Of a stretch of 53,485 nt of DNA, positions 43,459 through 52,794 are shown one piece after another (the first letter of the stretch is position 1; each line of letters opens with the position of its first letter). The notes below the pieces were generated by a model. The model saw only the letters and a list, made by a program, of their open reading frames with translations, was not told the origin of the DNA and did no database searches. The stretch spans positions 1-53,485 of the IMG/VR virus record IMGVR_UViG_3300025805_000002. One strand, given 5' to 3'. The DNA is from a virus (lineage: Duplodnaviria; Caudoviricetes). A program made the translations under genes and the position numbers.

Positions 43459-46365
43459 TCAATCCTTCACGAACCACTTGGAGATGTGACCGGCCACCTT
43501 CAGCGGCATGCCCCCCATCCAGCGGTCGCGGTCTGTCATGCACTGGATCAGCGTGGTCAGGGCGTCGTCGGCGTTCTCTTCCCGGACGAGCCCCACGATC
43601 TGGTCGTGGATGTGCATGACGATAGGAATCCCTGCCTTGGCCGCTTTCATCATCCCGGAAGCCAGTAGGTCCCTAGCGATGGCTTGGTCCGCGTTCTCGG
43701 TCAGCTTGCCGGGGTGGGTGCTGATCCGATCCCACTGGTATTTGTCGTTCTGGCCCTCATAGGTGAGGGACATCTTGAAATCGCCCCACGGTGCCAGGAC
43801 CTCTTCCAGCTTCGGGCGCGGGTAGTGCAGCGAACGCCCGCTGGGCAGGTTCATCCGCAGGAACGGGCCTTTGCGGTCGAAGCTGACATGCCCGCAGGCC
43901 GTCTCCTTCTTCGTCCGCATGGTCCTGAAGGCGGCCCGCTGGAGGTCATACCAGAACTGGACAGCTTCCTTGAAGGTCTCCCTCCAGACCCGAACCGAAC
44001 GCTCGGCCTCTTCCGGGGTGAGCTTGACCCCCATGTTCCAGGCATAGCCCAGGAGGCCGGTTGCCTCGATCTCGCCGGTCTGCCGGTTCTCGTATTGCTT
44101 GCCAGCGCCGAGCATGTATCCGCAGTTATGGGCCACGACGCACCCACTTTCCGTCAGGACCGCGAACCGGGCATAATCCCCGGTATTCAGGATGTCCCAA
44201 GTGTCTGCTGTTTGAGTTCTGTTCTGATCGAGTTGCGAGCCGAAGGTTCCCTGGCTCGTAATGCCCGTCGTTGTCGATTCGGTCGATTTCGAGGGTTCCA
44301 TCAGCCCCGAGAGTTCCCGCGACATAGGACACCCACTCGTCAGCGGAACCGAATAGGCAACATATTCCGCGCTCCCCGTAATAACGGTAGGCACGGTTCT
44401 CCGGGTTTTCGCAACGCGCTCGCGCAGCATAGAAACGATTTGCGAGTAAGTCGTAAAGGACTGCGCCGACTCGCTTTCCAACATCGGAGCGACGGTCAGC
44501 CGAAGCGCAGCCGGTGCAACGTGTGGATAATCCGCGCACGAGGTTTGATCTTGGTATCTTTCGTTCTCGACCACATTTGCATCGGCATAGAAAGACTTTT
44601 CCCGTGCTGCGAGAGGACCCCGCTTCTCCAAGAACACGCCATTCCCCATAACGAGAGCCGACTTGAACATCTGTTGCAGGGACGCCGATTGCCACTCATG
44701 CCATCCTTCTTCAGTCAAAAACCGATGGTCAGAAGTAGCATGTATCCCAGACCCACACAAGACTTCTTGGTGGCCTTTGAAAACCACGCCCTCGTGACGA
44801 ACCCACTTCTCGCCATCGTGAAGCCAATCATCACTATTGACCTCCACGATGGCCTTCCAGCCTTTGTCCGTCAGAACCGGAGTGTCGCCCTTCAAGCACC
44901 CCAATACACCCGGCTTCGCGATGGTCCGCTTGCCTTTGTTGCCGCCCTTGAACTCGGCCCAAAGCTCTTCGTAGGTCTTGCCGTAGAGGTAGGTGGCGAA
45001 GTCGATGTAGGGGTCCAGTCCCTTCTTGAAGACGCGCAGAATCTTCGGGTCATTCGCCAGCCAGCCAAGGACGACGTTCTCGATGGCCGCAAGGTCGGCG
45101 TCGATGAACACATAGCCCGGAGGGGCTTGCACCACCGTCCGAACAGCGCCGGAGATCGCGTCCATCGGGCGCGAGAACAGCATTTCGACGCCTTCCGAGG
45201 TCAGCGTCTGAAGAAGCATCGCGGCTTCGATCTGGGTGCCGCCGGTCACGAACTTGTAGCCTTGCGGCGTCTCACCCCAGGTCAGACCCTCCAAGTCCTT
45301 GGTCGGCTTCGCAAGGTTCTGGGGCTGGAAGACTCGGCCCGCCCAGCGCCACGTCCGACCCGCTCCGCTGAACTGGAAACAGTTTCGGAGGTTGCCGTCT
45401 TCGTCGACGTGCGAGGCCACGGCGTCGAACTTCTTGGTCGAGGTCCGGGAGACCTCCGACCGAAGCTCCAGCACCCGGCGGCATTCCTCGCTCTGGTTCG
45501 GGCGCTGACCGCGCTCGACCATCTGGTCATACTTCTCAATCGCCCGCCGGATGTGGCCCGCCTTCAGGTCGTTGAAGGGGTATCCTTCGTTCTGGAGCCA
45601 GCCGAGAAGCTGGGCCTGGGCGTTCGGGTTTTCGAGTTGGGTGATCTCTTCCAGTTCCTCGATCCGGTCAGCGACCAGTTCGTCTCGAACCTCGATCACG
45701 TTGCGGCACATCTCCATGTTCACGGGGATGCCGCGATCATTGATCTCCTGGTCCAGCGCCCAAAGCTCCCACTCGTGCTCCGGGAGATCGTATTTCCGCA
45801 GGATGCGGTAAATCTTGCGCTCGGACACCGTGTCCATGCGGTTATACTGAAGGAACTCCAACCACTTATCGTATTTCTCGTGGAAGTGGACTCGGCGCTC
45901 CGGGCGCGTCTTGGTCGCGGGCCTGGGCTTGCAGAACCAGTTGATAAGCCGGTGCCCGTCCTCCTTCAGATACTTCTCGTCGAGCCGGAGGACCTGACCG
46001 CACTTCGCCAGCTTCCCCGGCAGAGACAGGGAAAGGGCCATGACCATGGGGTCTCGCCATGCCGAGTGCGGCGTGTCGATCCCGAGGGAGTGCTTCCAGA
46101 TGTTCCACTCGAAGTTCTTGTTCCAGGCGAACTTCTTGACCCTATCGTCGAGCATCGCGTCCTCGACCTCGGCGGGCATGGGTTGCCCTTCCGCCGGAAC
46201 CCATTGCTTCACGGCCTCGTCGTCAAAGGCATAGGCGAGCATGAGGGGTTCGGTCGACGGGTCGCGCGCATAACGAGACGCCCCGACCTTCGTTACGTCC
46301 GCGAGCGAAAAAGTTTCAAAATCGTGGTGGAATCGTTTCGGTCGGGGTTTGAAGATCGCCGTCAT
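43459..46365 (-). CDS. Family A DNA polymerase with intein
   Basis: DFET exonuclease I, YNRMD, GRTWRWAG, DADLAAIE, R..AK..VLG|CGY motif B, HIHDQIV. Confidence 0.92.
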   Translation of the reverse strand: MTAIFKPRPKRFHHDFETFSLADVTKVGASRYARDPSTEPLMLAYAFDDEAVKQWVPAEGQPMPAEVEDAMLDDRVKKFAWNKNFEWNIWKHSLGIDTPHSAWRDPMVMALSLSLPGKLAKCGQVLRLDEKYLKEDGHRLINWFCKPRPATKTRPERRVHFHEKYDKWLEFLQYNRMDTVSERKIYRILRKYDLPEHEWELWALDQEINDRGIPVNMEMCRNVIEVRDELVADRIEELEEITQLENPNAQAQLLGWLQNEGYPFNDLKAGHIRRAIEKYDQMVERGQRPNQSEECRRVLELRSEVSRTSTKKFDAVASHVDEDGNLRNCFQFSGAGRTWRWAGRVFQPQNLAKPTKDLEGLTWGETPQGYKFVTGGTQIEAAMLLQTLTSEGVEMLFSRPMDAISGAVRTVVQAPPGYVFIDADLAAIENVVLGWLANDPKILRVFKKGLDPYIDFATYLYGKTYEELWAEFKGGNKGKRTIAKPGVLGCLKGDTPVLTDKGWKAIVEVNSDDWLHDGEKWVRHEGVVFKGHQEVLCGSGIHATSDHRFLTEEGWHEWQSASLQQMFKSALVMGNGVFLEKRGPLAAREKSFYADANVVENERYQDQTSCADYPHVAPAALRLTVAPMLESESAQSFTTYSQIVSMLRERVAKTRRTVPTVITGSAEYVAYSVPLTSGCPMSRELSGLMEPSKSTESTTTGITSQGTFGSQLDQNRTQTADTWDILNTGDYARFAVLTESGCVVAHNCGYMLGAGKQYENRQTGEIEATGLLGYAWNMGVKLTPEEAERSVRVWRETFKEAVQFWYDLQRAAFRTMRTKKETACGHVSFDRKGPFLRMNLPSGRSLHYPRPKLEEVLAPWGDFKMSLTYEGQNDKYQWDRISTHPGKLTENADQAIARDLLASGMMKAAKAGIPIVMHIHDQIVGLVREENADDALTTLIQCMTDRDRWMGGMPLKVAGHISKWFVKD
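44125..44898 (-). mobile_element. Intein (258 aa) in polymerase motif B
   Basis: Starts CLKGDTPVLTDKGW; block B HATSDHRFLT; ends VVAHN followed by Cys+1. Confidence 0.9.
44126..44695 (-). CDS. HNH endonuclease nested out of frame inside the polymerase intein
   Basis: FLCRCKCG, STRCTGC, RCENP...YRYYGERGI, LEIDRIDNDGHYEPGNLRLATRSEQNSN; SD AAGGA 8 nt before GTG. Confidence 0.85.
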   Translation of the reverse strand: MAIGVPATDVQVGSRYGEWRVLGEAGSSRSTGKVFLCRCKCGRERKIPRSNLVRGLSTRCTGCASADRRSDVGKRVGAVLYDLLANRFYAARARCENPENRAYRYYGERGICCLFGSADEWVSYVAGTLGADGTLEIDRIDNDGHYEPGNLRLATRSEQNSNSRHLGHPEYRGLCPVRGPDGKWVRRGP

Positions 46366-46366
46366 C

Positions 46367-47083
46367 CTACCCCCACGTCTCTGCCATCGCCGAGGCAATG
46401 CCCTCGTAAGTCGCCGCTCGAAGTGCCCAGCGATCTTCGGAAGGTCCAAGATTGTTCTGTCCGCTAGGAGTCTGGTTGCCCCACACAGTCTTCAGCCTCG
46501 TGCCGCACACGGGACAATCCGATTCGTCTTCGTCGTATACGAACTTGACCTTGCAGGCAGGGCACCCATGCTTCGGGGAGACGCGCAACGTCGGCTTCAA
46601 CGGCTCCAGCCCTCCGCGAAGCCAAAGGCACGTCGCCTTCCTCGCGTCATGCCCATACTGATTCGGTTGCACGATCTGCGTCGCCTTCAATCCGAGACGA
46701 GACGGAATGACCCCCACAGGGTTTTCGATACAAACTTTCGGTATAGGAGCTTCCCAGAGCTTGCGGAAAAACTCCACGGCCTCGTCTCGCGCCCGTCGCC
46801 TGACAGAGCCGAAGAGGGCGTCAGAGCCCCTGGCTTTCGCTTTCTCTTCGGCTTCGTCGGAATAACACCACTCCGCTGCGATGGTCAAATAGGTGCAATC
46901 TGGATGAAAGATTCCAAGGTCCCACGGCCCGTGATCGGCGATGGCCTTGAACACATCCATGTGCAAATGATGCGGACTCCCGTCCGCTGCGGGGAGAATG
47001 TCGTTCGACCAAGCGTCGTGACCCTTCTCACGAAACTTCCGTCTTACGGCCCCGGTGAACTCACATCCAATAAGGACTCTCAT
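46367..47083 (-). CDS. Putative DNA cytosine methyltransferase (phage type) with Zn-ribbon insert
   Basis: MRVLIGCE, HPDCTYL, IENPVG, QPNQYGH..RKATCLWL, R..TYEGIA.AMA.TWG. Confidence 0.7.
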   Translation of the reverse strand: MRVLIGCEFTGAVRRKFREKGHDAWSNDILPAADGSPHHLHMDVFKAIADHGPWDLGIFHPDCTYLTIAAEWCYSDEAEEKAKARGSDALFGSVRRRARDEAVEFFRKLWEAPIPKVCIENPVGVIPSRLGLKATQIVQPNQYGHDARKATCLWLRGGLEPLKPTLRVSPKHGCPACKVKFVYDEDESDCPVCGTRLKTVWGNQTPSGQNNLGPSEDRWALRAATYEGIASAMAETWG

Positions 47084-47112
47084 GTTCTTGACGCTCCCTG
47101 CCCCTGAATCGA

Positions 47113-47132
47113 AGGGGCGGTTTCCCGCCCCT
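47113..47132 (-). terminator. GC-rich hairpin after the SSB gene
   Basis: AGGGGCGG-N4-CCGCCCCT; weak U-tract. Confidence 0.4.
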
Positions 47133-47140
47133 CACTGGCC

Positions 47141-47806
47141 TTAGAGAACGTCGTCTTCGTCGTCGTCGTCCACGTCGTCGTCGTCCAGATCGTCGTCGTC
47201 GTCCGTGAGATCGTCGAAGTCTTCGTCGACATCGACGCCCGGAGCACCGAACGCTTCACCGTCCTTGACGAACTGCACGGCCTCCAGCGACGCATAGACC
47301 GCATGGGGGACCGGGTTGTCGTTCTTCACCCCGGCAGGCTGATACCAGAGGGTGATGATCGCGTTCACATAGCACCCGCTGTAGACCACGCCGTCAGCTT
47401 CCTTCAACACGCGCTTGTCGCGCCCGATGATCTTCGGCTGTTTCGCGTTGTTCGCCGAGACATACCACTGGCCTTCGTAGCCGTCGTAGTTTTCCTCGTC
47501 GCCGTCCTTGACCGCATAGGCCGAGGACTTGATCTTCAGCGTCTTCGCCTTTTCCTCACCGAGTTTCTTGGCGATGGCCGCGATCTTGGCTTTCTTCAGA
47601 CCGACCATGATCGGCACCCGCTTGCCATCAACGATGGCAGTCAGTTCGGAGCCTTCCTTGGGGATCAAAAAGTTGGCCGAGAACTTCGGAGGGGACTCCG
47701 TCCCGTCCTGCCGCTTGATCACCTTGGGACGCCAGATGTCGGCAAAGGAGAGGCGAACGCCTTCCAGCTTGATCCGGCCAGCGACCTTCTTTTTCTCTTC
47801 AGTCAT
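47141..47806 (-). CDS. DUF2815 ssDNA-binding/annealing protein
   Basis: VRLSFADIW, KDGD, YSGCYVNA, LEAVQFVKDGEAFG, long acidic tail. Confidence 0.88.
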   Translation of the reverse strand: MTEEKKKVAGRIKLEGVRLSFADIWRPKVIKRQDGTESPPKFSANFLIPKEGSELTAIVDGKRVPIMVGLKKAKIAAIAKKLGEEKAKTLKIKSSAYAVKDGDEENYDGYEGQWYVSANNAKQPKIIGRDKRVLKEADGVVYSGCYVNAIITLWYQPAGVKNDNPVPHAVYASLEAVQFVKDGEAFGAPGVDVDEDFDDLTDDDDDLDDDDVDDDDEDDVL

Positions 47807-47818
47807 GGGATTTCCTTT

Positions 47819-49060
47819 TCATAGGGTTTCATCGGTTGCATCAAGGTCGTCAAACATATCGACCGCTGATTCTATCCGGGGCCGGTTGTCTTCTTCCGGC
47901 ACCAGGATAGGTTGCGGAGTCCCATGGTCGACGAATCGGTCCAAGAGCTTCGCATACCGGGCTTTGCCCAGCTTCTTCTCTGCCTGTGCGGGCGAGAGAA
48001 GTTCGGGAGGATGGTAAGCCTCGTCGCCGAGTTCCTTCCTCAAAACGGTTTCGGCCTTGTGGGTCGCGTTCTCGTGATACTTGCGGGCGGGGCGCTTGCC
48101 CTCCACCAGCTTCATCCCCGGAACCGGGTTCCCCACCTGGGCGTCGTGGTAGGCGGCCTTGCGCAGAGCCTCCATCCACTGGTTCAAGATCGGCTTCAGC
48201 CGCAACAGGATCGTGCGGCGCTCGGGCGTGACCTCTTCCGGCGCTTCGAGTTCGGGCAGGAACCCGGTCTCGTCCGCCATGTCGAGATCGTCGAACTCCA
48301 GCCCGATCATCTCCATGTTCCATTCGGCGAAGGTGCCGCAGTAATCCTTGGCGCGGCACCACCGGCATTGCTTCACACCGGCCTTGCGAGGCGGGTTCTT
48401 GGCCGTCGTCAGCACGGCCTGCCGCTTGGCGTGTTGGCCGAACTCCAGGACGCGCTGCATCGTGGTCTCCCACAGGCCGCCGCCGCCCGGAACCCTGGGC
48501 TGTTCGATGATGATCGTCACCTTGACCCCGGACGGGTCCCAATCGAACAGCTTGCCGAAGATCGTCTGCCACGCACCGAGGCAGTAGCCTTGGGCTTGCT
48601 CGTTCTCCTGGGGGTAAACCGGCTCCTTGCCGTATTTCCAGTCGAACACGATCACCAGCTTCTTGGCGACGTTGACCAGGATCACGTCGGCGGTGCCGAA
48701 CTGACCCGGCAGGGTCCACTTCGAGATGTCCACGCGGGTCTCGACGTAGAGTTCCCAGCCGGGTTCAGCGGCCACGTTCCGAACGAAGTCCAGGCCATCG
48801 CGCACCGCAGCGCACATCTCTTCGTTGTATTCGACGAAGAAGCCATCGACCTCCAGGCCCCTCCCGCCGCCGACATAATCCTCGGGCTCGAAGCCCATCT
48901 CCAGACAGTCGGCCACGAGTTCGTGGAGCACAGTCCCCTCGGCGGCCTCGAATCGGGCCTTGTCCGGTATCCCGGCCTGCGCCTGAACGCTGCCGGGGCA
49001 CCGAATCCAGCGGCTCCAAGACGAAGGGCCGAGAGAACTATGTTCGACGGGAGTGCCCAT
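47819..49060 (-). CDS. DUF2800 PD-(D/E)xK/Cas4-like nuclease
   Basis: HSSLGPSS..RW..CPGS, EGTVLH, FGTADV, DWKYG, CRWCRAK..C. Confidence 0.88.
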   Translation of the reverse strand: MGTPVEHSSLGPSSWSRWIRCPGSVQAQAGIPDKARFEAAEGTVLHELVADCLEMGFEPEDYVGGGRGLEVDGFFVEYNEEMCAAVRDGLDFVRNVAAEPGWELYVETRVDISKWTLPGQFGTADVILVNVAKKLVIVFDWKYGKEPVYPQENEQAQGYCLGAWQTIFGKLFDWDPSGVKVTIIIEQPRVPGGGGLWETTMQRVLEFGQHAKRQAVLTTAKNPPRKAGVKQCRWCRAKDYCGTFAEWNMEMIGLEFDDLDMADETGFLPELEAPEEVTPERRTILLRLKPILNQWMEALRKAAYHDAQVGNPVPGMKLVEGKRPARKYHENATHKAETVLRKELGDEAYHPPELLSPAQAEKKLGKARYAKLLDRFVDHGTPQPILVPEEDNRPRIESAVDMFDDLDATDETL

Positions 49061-49063
49061 GGA

Positions 49064-49570
49064 TCAGAGAACGCCGTCGTCGTCTTCGTCGCCGTCGTCG
49101 TCGCCGTCGTCGCCGTCATCTTCCGAGAACGGGAACTTGACCGCTTCGGCACCGTCGATCCCGTCTTCCTCGAAGGCATCCACCAGCATCTGGCCGTATT
49201 TCAGGGCCTCGGCGCGCTGTTCCTCGGCGACCTCGGTGATCTTGTCGACGCCGAAGTGCTCCAGGAGCGGCTTGGTGGTTTCGATCAGGCGCTTCTTGGT
49301 GGCCTTGTCGGAGGCACCGGCCAGATACGGGCCGAACAGGCCGCGAATGTCTTCGGCGGTCGGGACCTTGGCCTTGGCCGAGGGCTTCGCAGCGGGCTTG
49401 GCGGCGGGCTTCTCGGCGGCAGCGGGTTTCGCGGCGGGCTTCTCGGCAGCGGCAGGAGCCGTGCCCTTTGCGCCCAGCGCCTTTGCGACGGTGGCGTTCT
49501 GGGTCTTGACCTGTTCGGTCAGCGCCTCGACCGCACTGGTCAGGGCTTCGATCTTCGCTTCCAAGCTCAT
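49064..49570 (-). CDS. Hypothetical Ala/Lys/Pro-rich protein with acidic tail
   Basis: First gene of the leftward replication operon. Confidence 0.75.
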   Translation of the reverse strand: MSLEAKIEALTSAVEALTEQVKTQNATVAKALGAKGTAPAAAEKPAAKPAAAEKPAAKPAAKPSAKAKVPTAEDIRGLFGPYLAGASDKATKKRLIETTKPLLEHFGVDKITEVAEEQRAEALKYGQMLVDAFEEDGIDGAEAVKFPFSEDDGDDGDDDGDEDDDGVL

Positions 49571-49610
49571 GGGGAGGGTCCTTTCTCTGGTCCCGGTTGT
49601 CGGAGACCCT

Positions 49611-49661
49611 AAAATGGACGCTCCGATTACACTTGTCAACAGGCAGTTGATGCTTTATGTT
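49611..49661. promoter_or_regulatory. Overlapping divergent promoters
   Basis: + strand TTGTCA-17-TATGTT (49633-49661); - strand TTGACA-17-CATTTT (49639-49611). Confidence 0.6.
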
Positions 49662-49699
49662 CCGATCCTACCCCCTGGACCACCCTGGAGAAGAGATCA

Positions 49700-49945
49700 A
49701 TGTCCGATACGATCCGAATGACCAACTTGGGGCCTTTGCACGATCTGCTGCTGAAGGCTTGCCCGCCGAGCGAGAGCAACATGCGCTCGATCCCCATCCT
49801 GGCTTCGGCCATCGAATACACGCCGCAGGGTCTCTACAAGGTGATTCGCAAAGGGAAGGTCACGCCGCAACTCGCCGCGAAGATCGTTGATGTCTCCAAA
49901 GGTGAAGTGTCCCTCGACGACTTCCATCCCTACGTCTACGTCTGA
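49700..49945 (+). CDS. Cro-like HTH protein
   Basis: SIPILASAIEYTPQGLYKVIRKG.V....A..IV. Confidence 0.7.
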   Translation: MSDTIRMTNLGPLHDLLLKACPPSESNMRSIPILASAIEYTPQGLYKVIRKGKVTPQLAAKIVDVSKGEVSLDDFHPYVYV

Positions 49946-49953
49946 AGCCCGGT

Positions 49954-52680
49954 ATGGCGACGGCATGGCCGAACGCCAGCCGAGAAGTCCGTATCGCCAG
50001 GGGGCGCGGGTTCAATCTCGGTAAGGCGAAGAATCAGGTGATGACATGGAAGAGCTTCTGCGCTCTCTTCTCGTCTCCACCTAGAACGAACGAAAAACAG
50101 AAGGCATATTTCAAGCTCCCGAAGACGGAGCAAGACCGACTCAAGGCGATGGACGGCTGGTATCTGGGGGGTCCCATCCAGGGTGGCCGCCGCCGGAAGA
50201 ACTCCATCGCTGAACGCGACCTGATTACCATCGACATCGACGATTGCGCCCCGGAACTGTTCTCGCTGATCGAGGACGGCATCCTGGAGATCGCCAACTT
50301 CGAGTTCGTGGCCCACACCACGCGGAAGCACCAGCCGAAGGCCCCCAGGGTCCGTCTGAACTTCCCGCTCACCCATCCGGTGAAGCGCGACGAATACGAC
50401 GCCGTGAGCCGGATTCTGGCCCACAAGATCGACCAGAGCATGGACGCCGTGGACGACGTGTCGTTCCGCGTCGCCCAGATGATGTTCATGCCGTCGTGCT
50501 CCAAGGACCAGGAATACAAGACCTGGGTGAACAAGGGCCGCCTGCTGGACCCGGAAGAGCTTCTGGAGTCCTGGCCGGGAGACTGGCGCGATTTCAACAA
50601 CCTGCCCTTCAGTGATTCGCGTGGCAAGAAACGCCCGACCGCTGACAAGGCCGAAGACCCGTTCGAGAAACGCGGCCCCATCGGCGCGTTCTGCCGCGCC
50701 TATCCGATCCAGGAAGCCATCGCCAAGTTCCTGCCCGACATCTACGTCCCTGGGGACATGAACTCGGGCAAGCCCCGCTACAGCTACACCCAGGGCTCGA
50801 CGACGAACGGCGTGGTGGTCGAGGACGATGGCCGCTTCATCTATTCGCACCACGGCACCGACCCGTGTTCCGACACGCTCTGCAACTCGTTCGACATGGT
50901 GCGCCTGCACAAGTTCGGCGATCTCGACGAGGGCAAGGACCTCGAAGACAAGGCCGTGACCGAGCACCCGTCCTTCAAGGCGATGTTCAAGTTCGCCCAG
51001 GAGGATCGTGCCGTCCAGAAGGAGATGGTCGAGGACGAGATCGACATCGAAGCGATGTTCGACGACATCTCGGACATGGATGACGAAGAGGTCGAAGAGA
51101 CCCGCGACGCCTACGAGACCGGCGAAGACCTCGACGCCGAGATCAGGGCGATCCTGGGTGACGAAGGCGAAGACCTGACCCGCAATGGCCTGCCGCCCTA
51201 TCCGGGCTCCGAGGTTCCGAAGAAGCCGAAGAAGGGCTGGACGCGGGAACTGGAGGTAACGAACGACGGCAAGATCAAGGCGACCGTCTTCAACATCGCC
51301 ACCATCATCGCGAACGATCCGCGCCTCCACGGCAGCATCGCCCGCAACGTGTTCTCGGGCCGGATTTGCTCCAGGCGTCCGATCAAGAGCAAGATGGCGC
51401 TGGTGCCGAGCATCACGGTTCCTGACCGAGAAGATGGCCTGGAGTGGACTGACGCGCATGATGCCTCGATCCGTATGATCTTGGAGGCTCCCTCGGGTCA
51501 AGGTCAACCCGGCTACGGTCTGAAGGTCTCCGACCGAGACATCAAGGACGCCATCATCCTCGTCGCCAAGCGATGGGAATACCACCCGATCATCGACAGA
51601 CTGATTCGGCTCCCCTGGGATGGCAAGAAGCGGGTCGAGACCCTTTTCGTGAACTACCTCGGGACGCCAGACACGCCCTACCACCGGGAGACTGCGAAAC
51701 AGTTCCTCCTGGGCTGCGTCGCTCGCGTGTTCAGCCCTGGGCACAAGTTCGACTATGTGCCGGTGCTGGCCGGTGAACAGGGCGTCAGGAAGTCAACCTT
51801 CGTCGAGACCCTGGCCTTCAGCAAATGGGCAGGAGAACTGACCGTCGATATGAGCGGCGACAAGGATGCCGTCGAACAGATGCTTGGGAAGTGGATTTTG
51901 GAGCTAGGCGAACTCGTGTCGCTGCGGCGATCCGAGATCGAGAGCCAGAAGGGCTTCATCTCCCGGCGCGAGGATCGCGTCCGCTTGGCCTATGACAAGC
52001 GCATGTCGACCTTCCCTCGTCAGTGCCTCTTCATGGGCACCACGAACGAATACGAGTATCTGAAGGATGACAAGAACCGCCGGTTCTGGCCGGTGGAGGT
52101 CACGGTCCAGAGCATCGACACCGACAAGCTCAGGGGTGAGATGGATCAGGTCTGGGCCGAAGCCGTCGCGCTCTACAAGGAACTGATCTCCCGGCATGAC
52201 TACCGCCGGATTCCGTTCGGCCTGTCTGGCGAGGCTCTGGCCGAGGCCGAGCAACGTCAGGAAGGGGCTCGGGTCGAGAGCACCGAAGACCAGACGCGGG
52301 CGCGGATCGAGCCCTTCCTGGACACCCCCATCGACATCGGATCGCTGGACGGCGAGGACTTCGCCGATCTGGACATGCCCGACATGAAGGTGATCCGGGT
52401 CAAGACCTGTGCCGAACAGCTTGTTCACGAGGCCCTGAAAGAGAGCCCCCGCAGCACCCAGCACCAGAACGCTTGGTCGCAGGTGGTGGGCCGCGTGATG
52501 AAGCGCCTCCCTGGCTGGGTCAAGTATTCCGAGTATACCCAAGGGGCTGGGCACCAGTTGACCATGGGCGAATATGGCCGTCAGCGGGCCTATGTCCGCG
52601 CTGACGCCACTCCTTACGAGATCGCGAACGGCTACAGGGTTGTCGAGGTCGAAGACGGCGATCTGGAAGACATCCTCTGA
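49954..52680 (+). CDS. Primase-helicase (AEP-like primase plus VirE/VapE SF3 helicase)
   Basis: DIDD, HTTRKH, PRVRL; LPWDG..RVE, GEQGVRKST, RLAYD, GTTN, NRRFWPV. Confidence 0.9.
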   Translation: MATAWPNASREVRIARGRGFNLGKAKNQVMTWKSFCALFSSPPRTNEKQKAYFKLPKTEQDRLKAMDGWYLGGPIQGGRRRKNSIAERDLITIDIDDCAPELFSLIEDGILEIANFEFVAHTTRKHQPKAPRVRLNFPLTHPVKRDEYDAVSRILAHKIDQSMDAVDDVSFRVAQMMFMPSCSKDQEYKTWVNKGRLLDPEELLESWPGDWRDFNNLPFSDSRGKKRPTADKAEDPFEKRGPIGAFCRAYPIQEAIAKFLPDIYVPGDMNSGKPRYSYTQGSTTNGVVVEDDGRFIYSHHGTDPCSDTLCNSFDMVRLHKFGDLDEGKDLEDKAVTEHPSFKAMFKFAQEDRAVQKEMVEDEIDIEAMFDDISDMDDEEVEETRDAYETGEDLDAEIRAILGDEGEDLTRNGLPPYPGSEVPKKPKKGWTRELEVTNDGKIKATVFNIATIIANDPRLHGSIARNVFSGRICSRRPIKSKMALVPSITVPDREDGLEWTDAHDASIRMILEAPSGQGQPGYGLKVSDRDIKDAIILVAKRWEYHPIIDRLIRLPWDGKKRVETLFVNYLGTPDTPYHRETAKQFLLGCVARVFSPGHKFDYVPVLAGEQGVRKSTFVETLAFSKWAGELTVDMSGDKDAVEQMLGKWILELGELVSLRRSEIESQKGFISRREDRVRLAYDKRMSTFPRQCLFMGTTNEYEYLKDDKNRRFWPVEVTVQSIDTDKLRGEMDQVWAEAVALYKELISRHDYRRIPFGLSGEALAEAEQRQEGARVESTEDQTRARIEPFLDTPIDIGSLDGEDFADLDMPDMKVIRVKTCAEQLVHEALKESPRSTQHQNAWSQVVGRVMKRLPGWVKYSEYTQGAGHQLTMGEYGRQRAYVRADATPYEIANGYRVVEVEDGDLEDIL

Positions 52681-52794
52681 CCCGGTTCAGGTTTTCCTGA
52701 CCGGGGCTACGGGGCGTTCCCATCCGACTCGACCGCTCGTTTTCAGCCGTTTCCAGAAACTCCAGAAATCCTGGAAACGGCTGAAAAATCCAGA

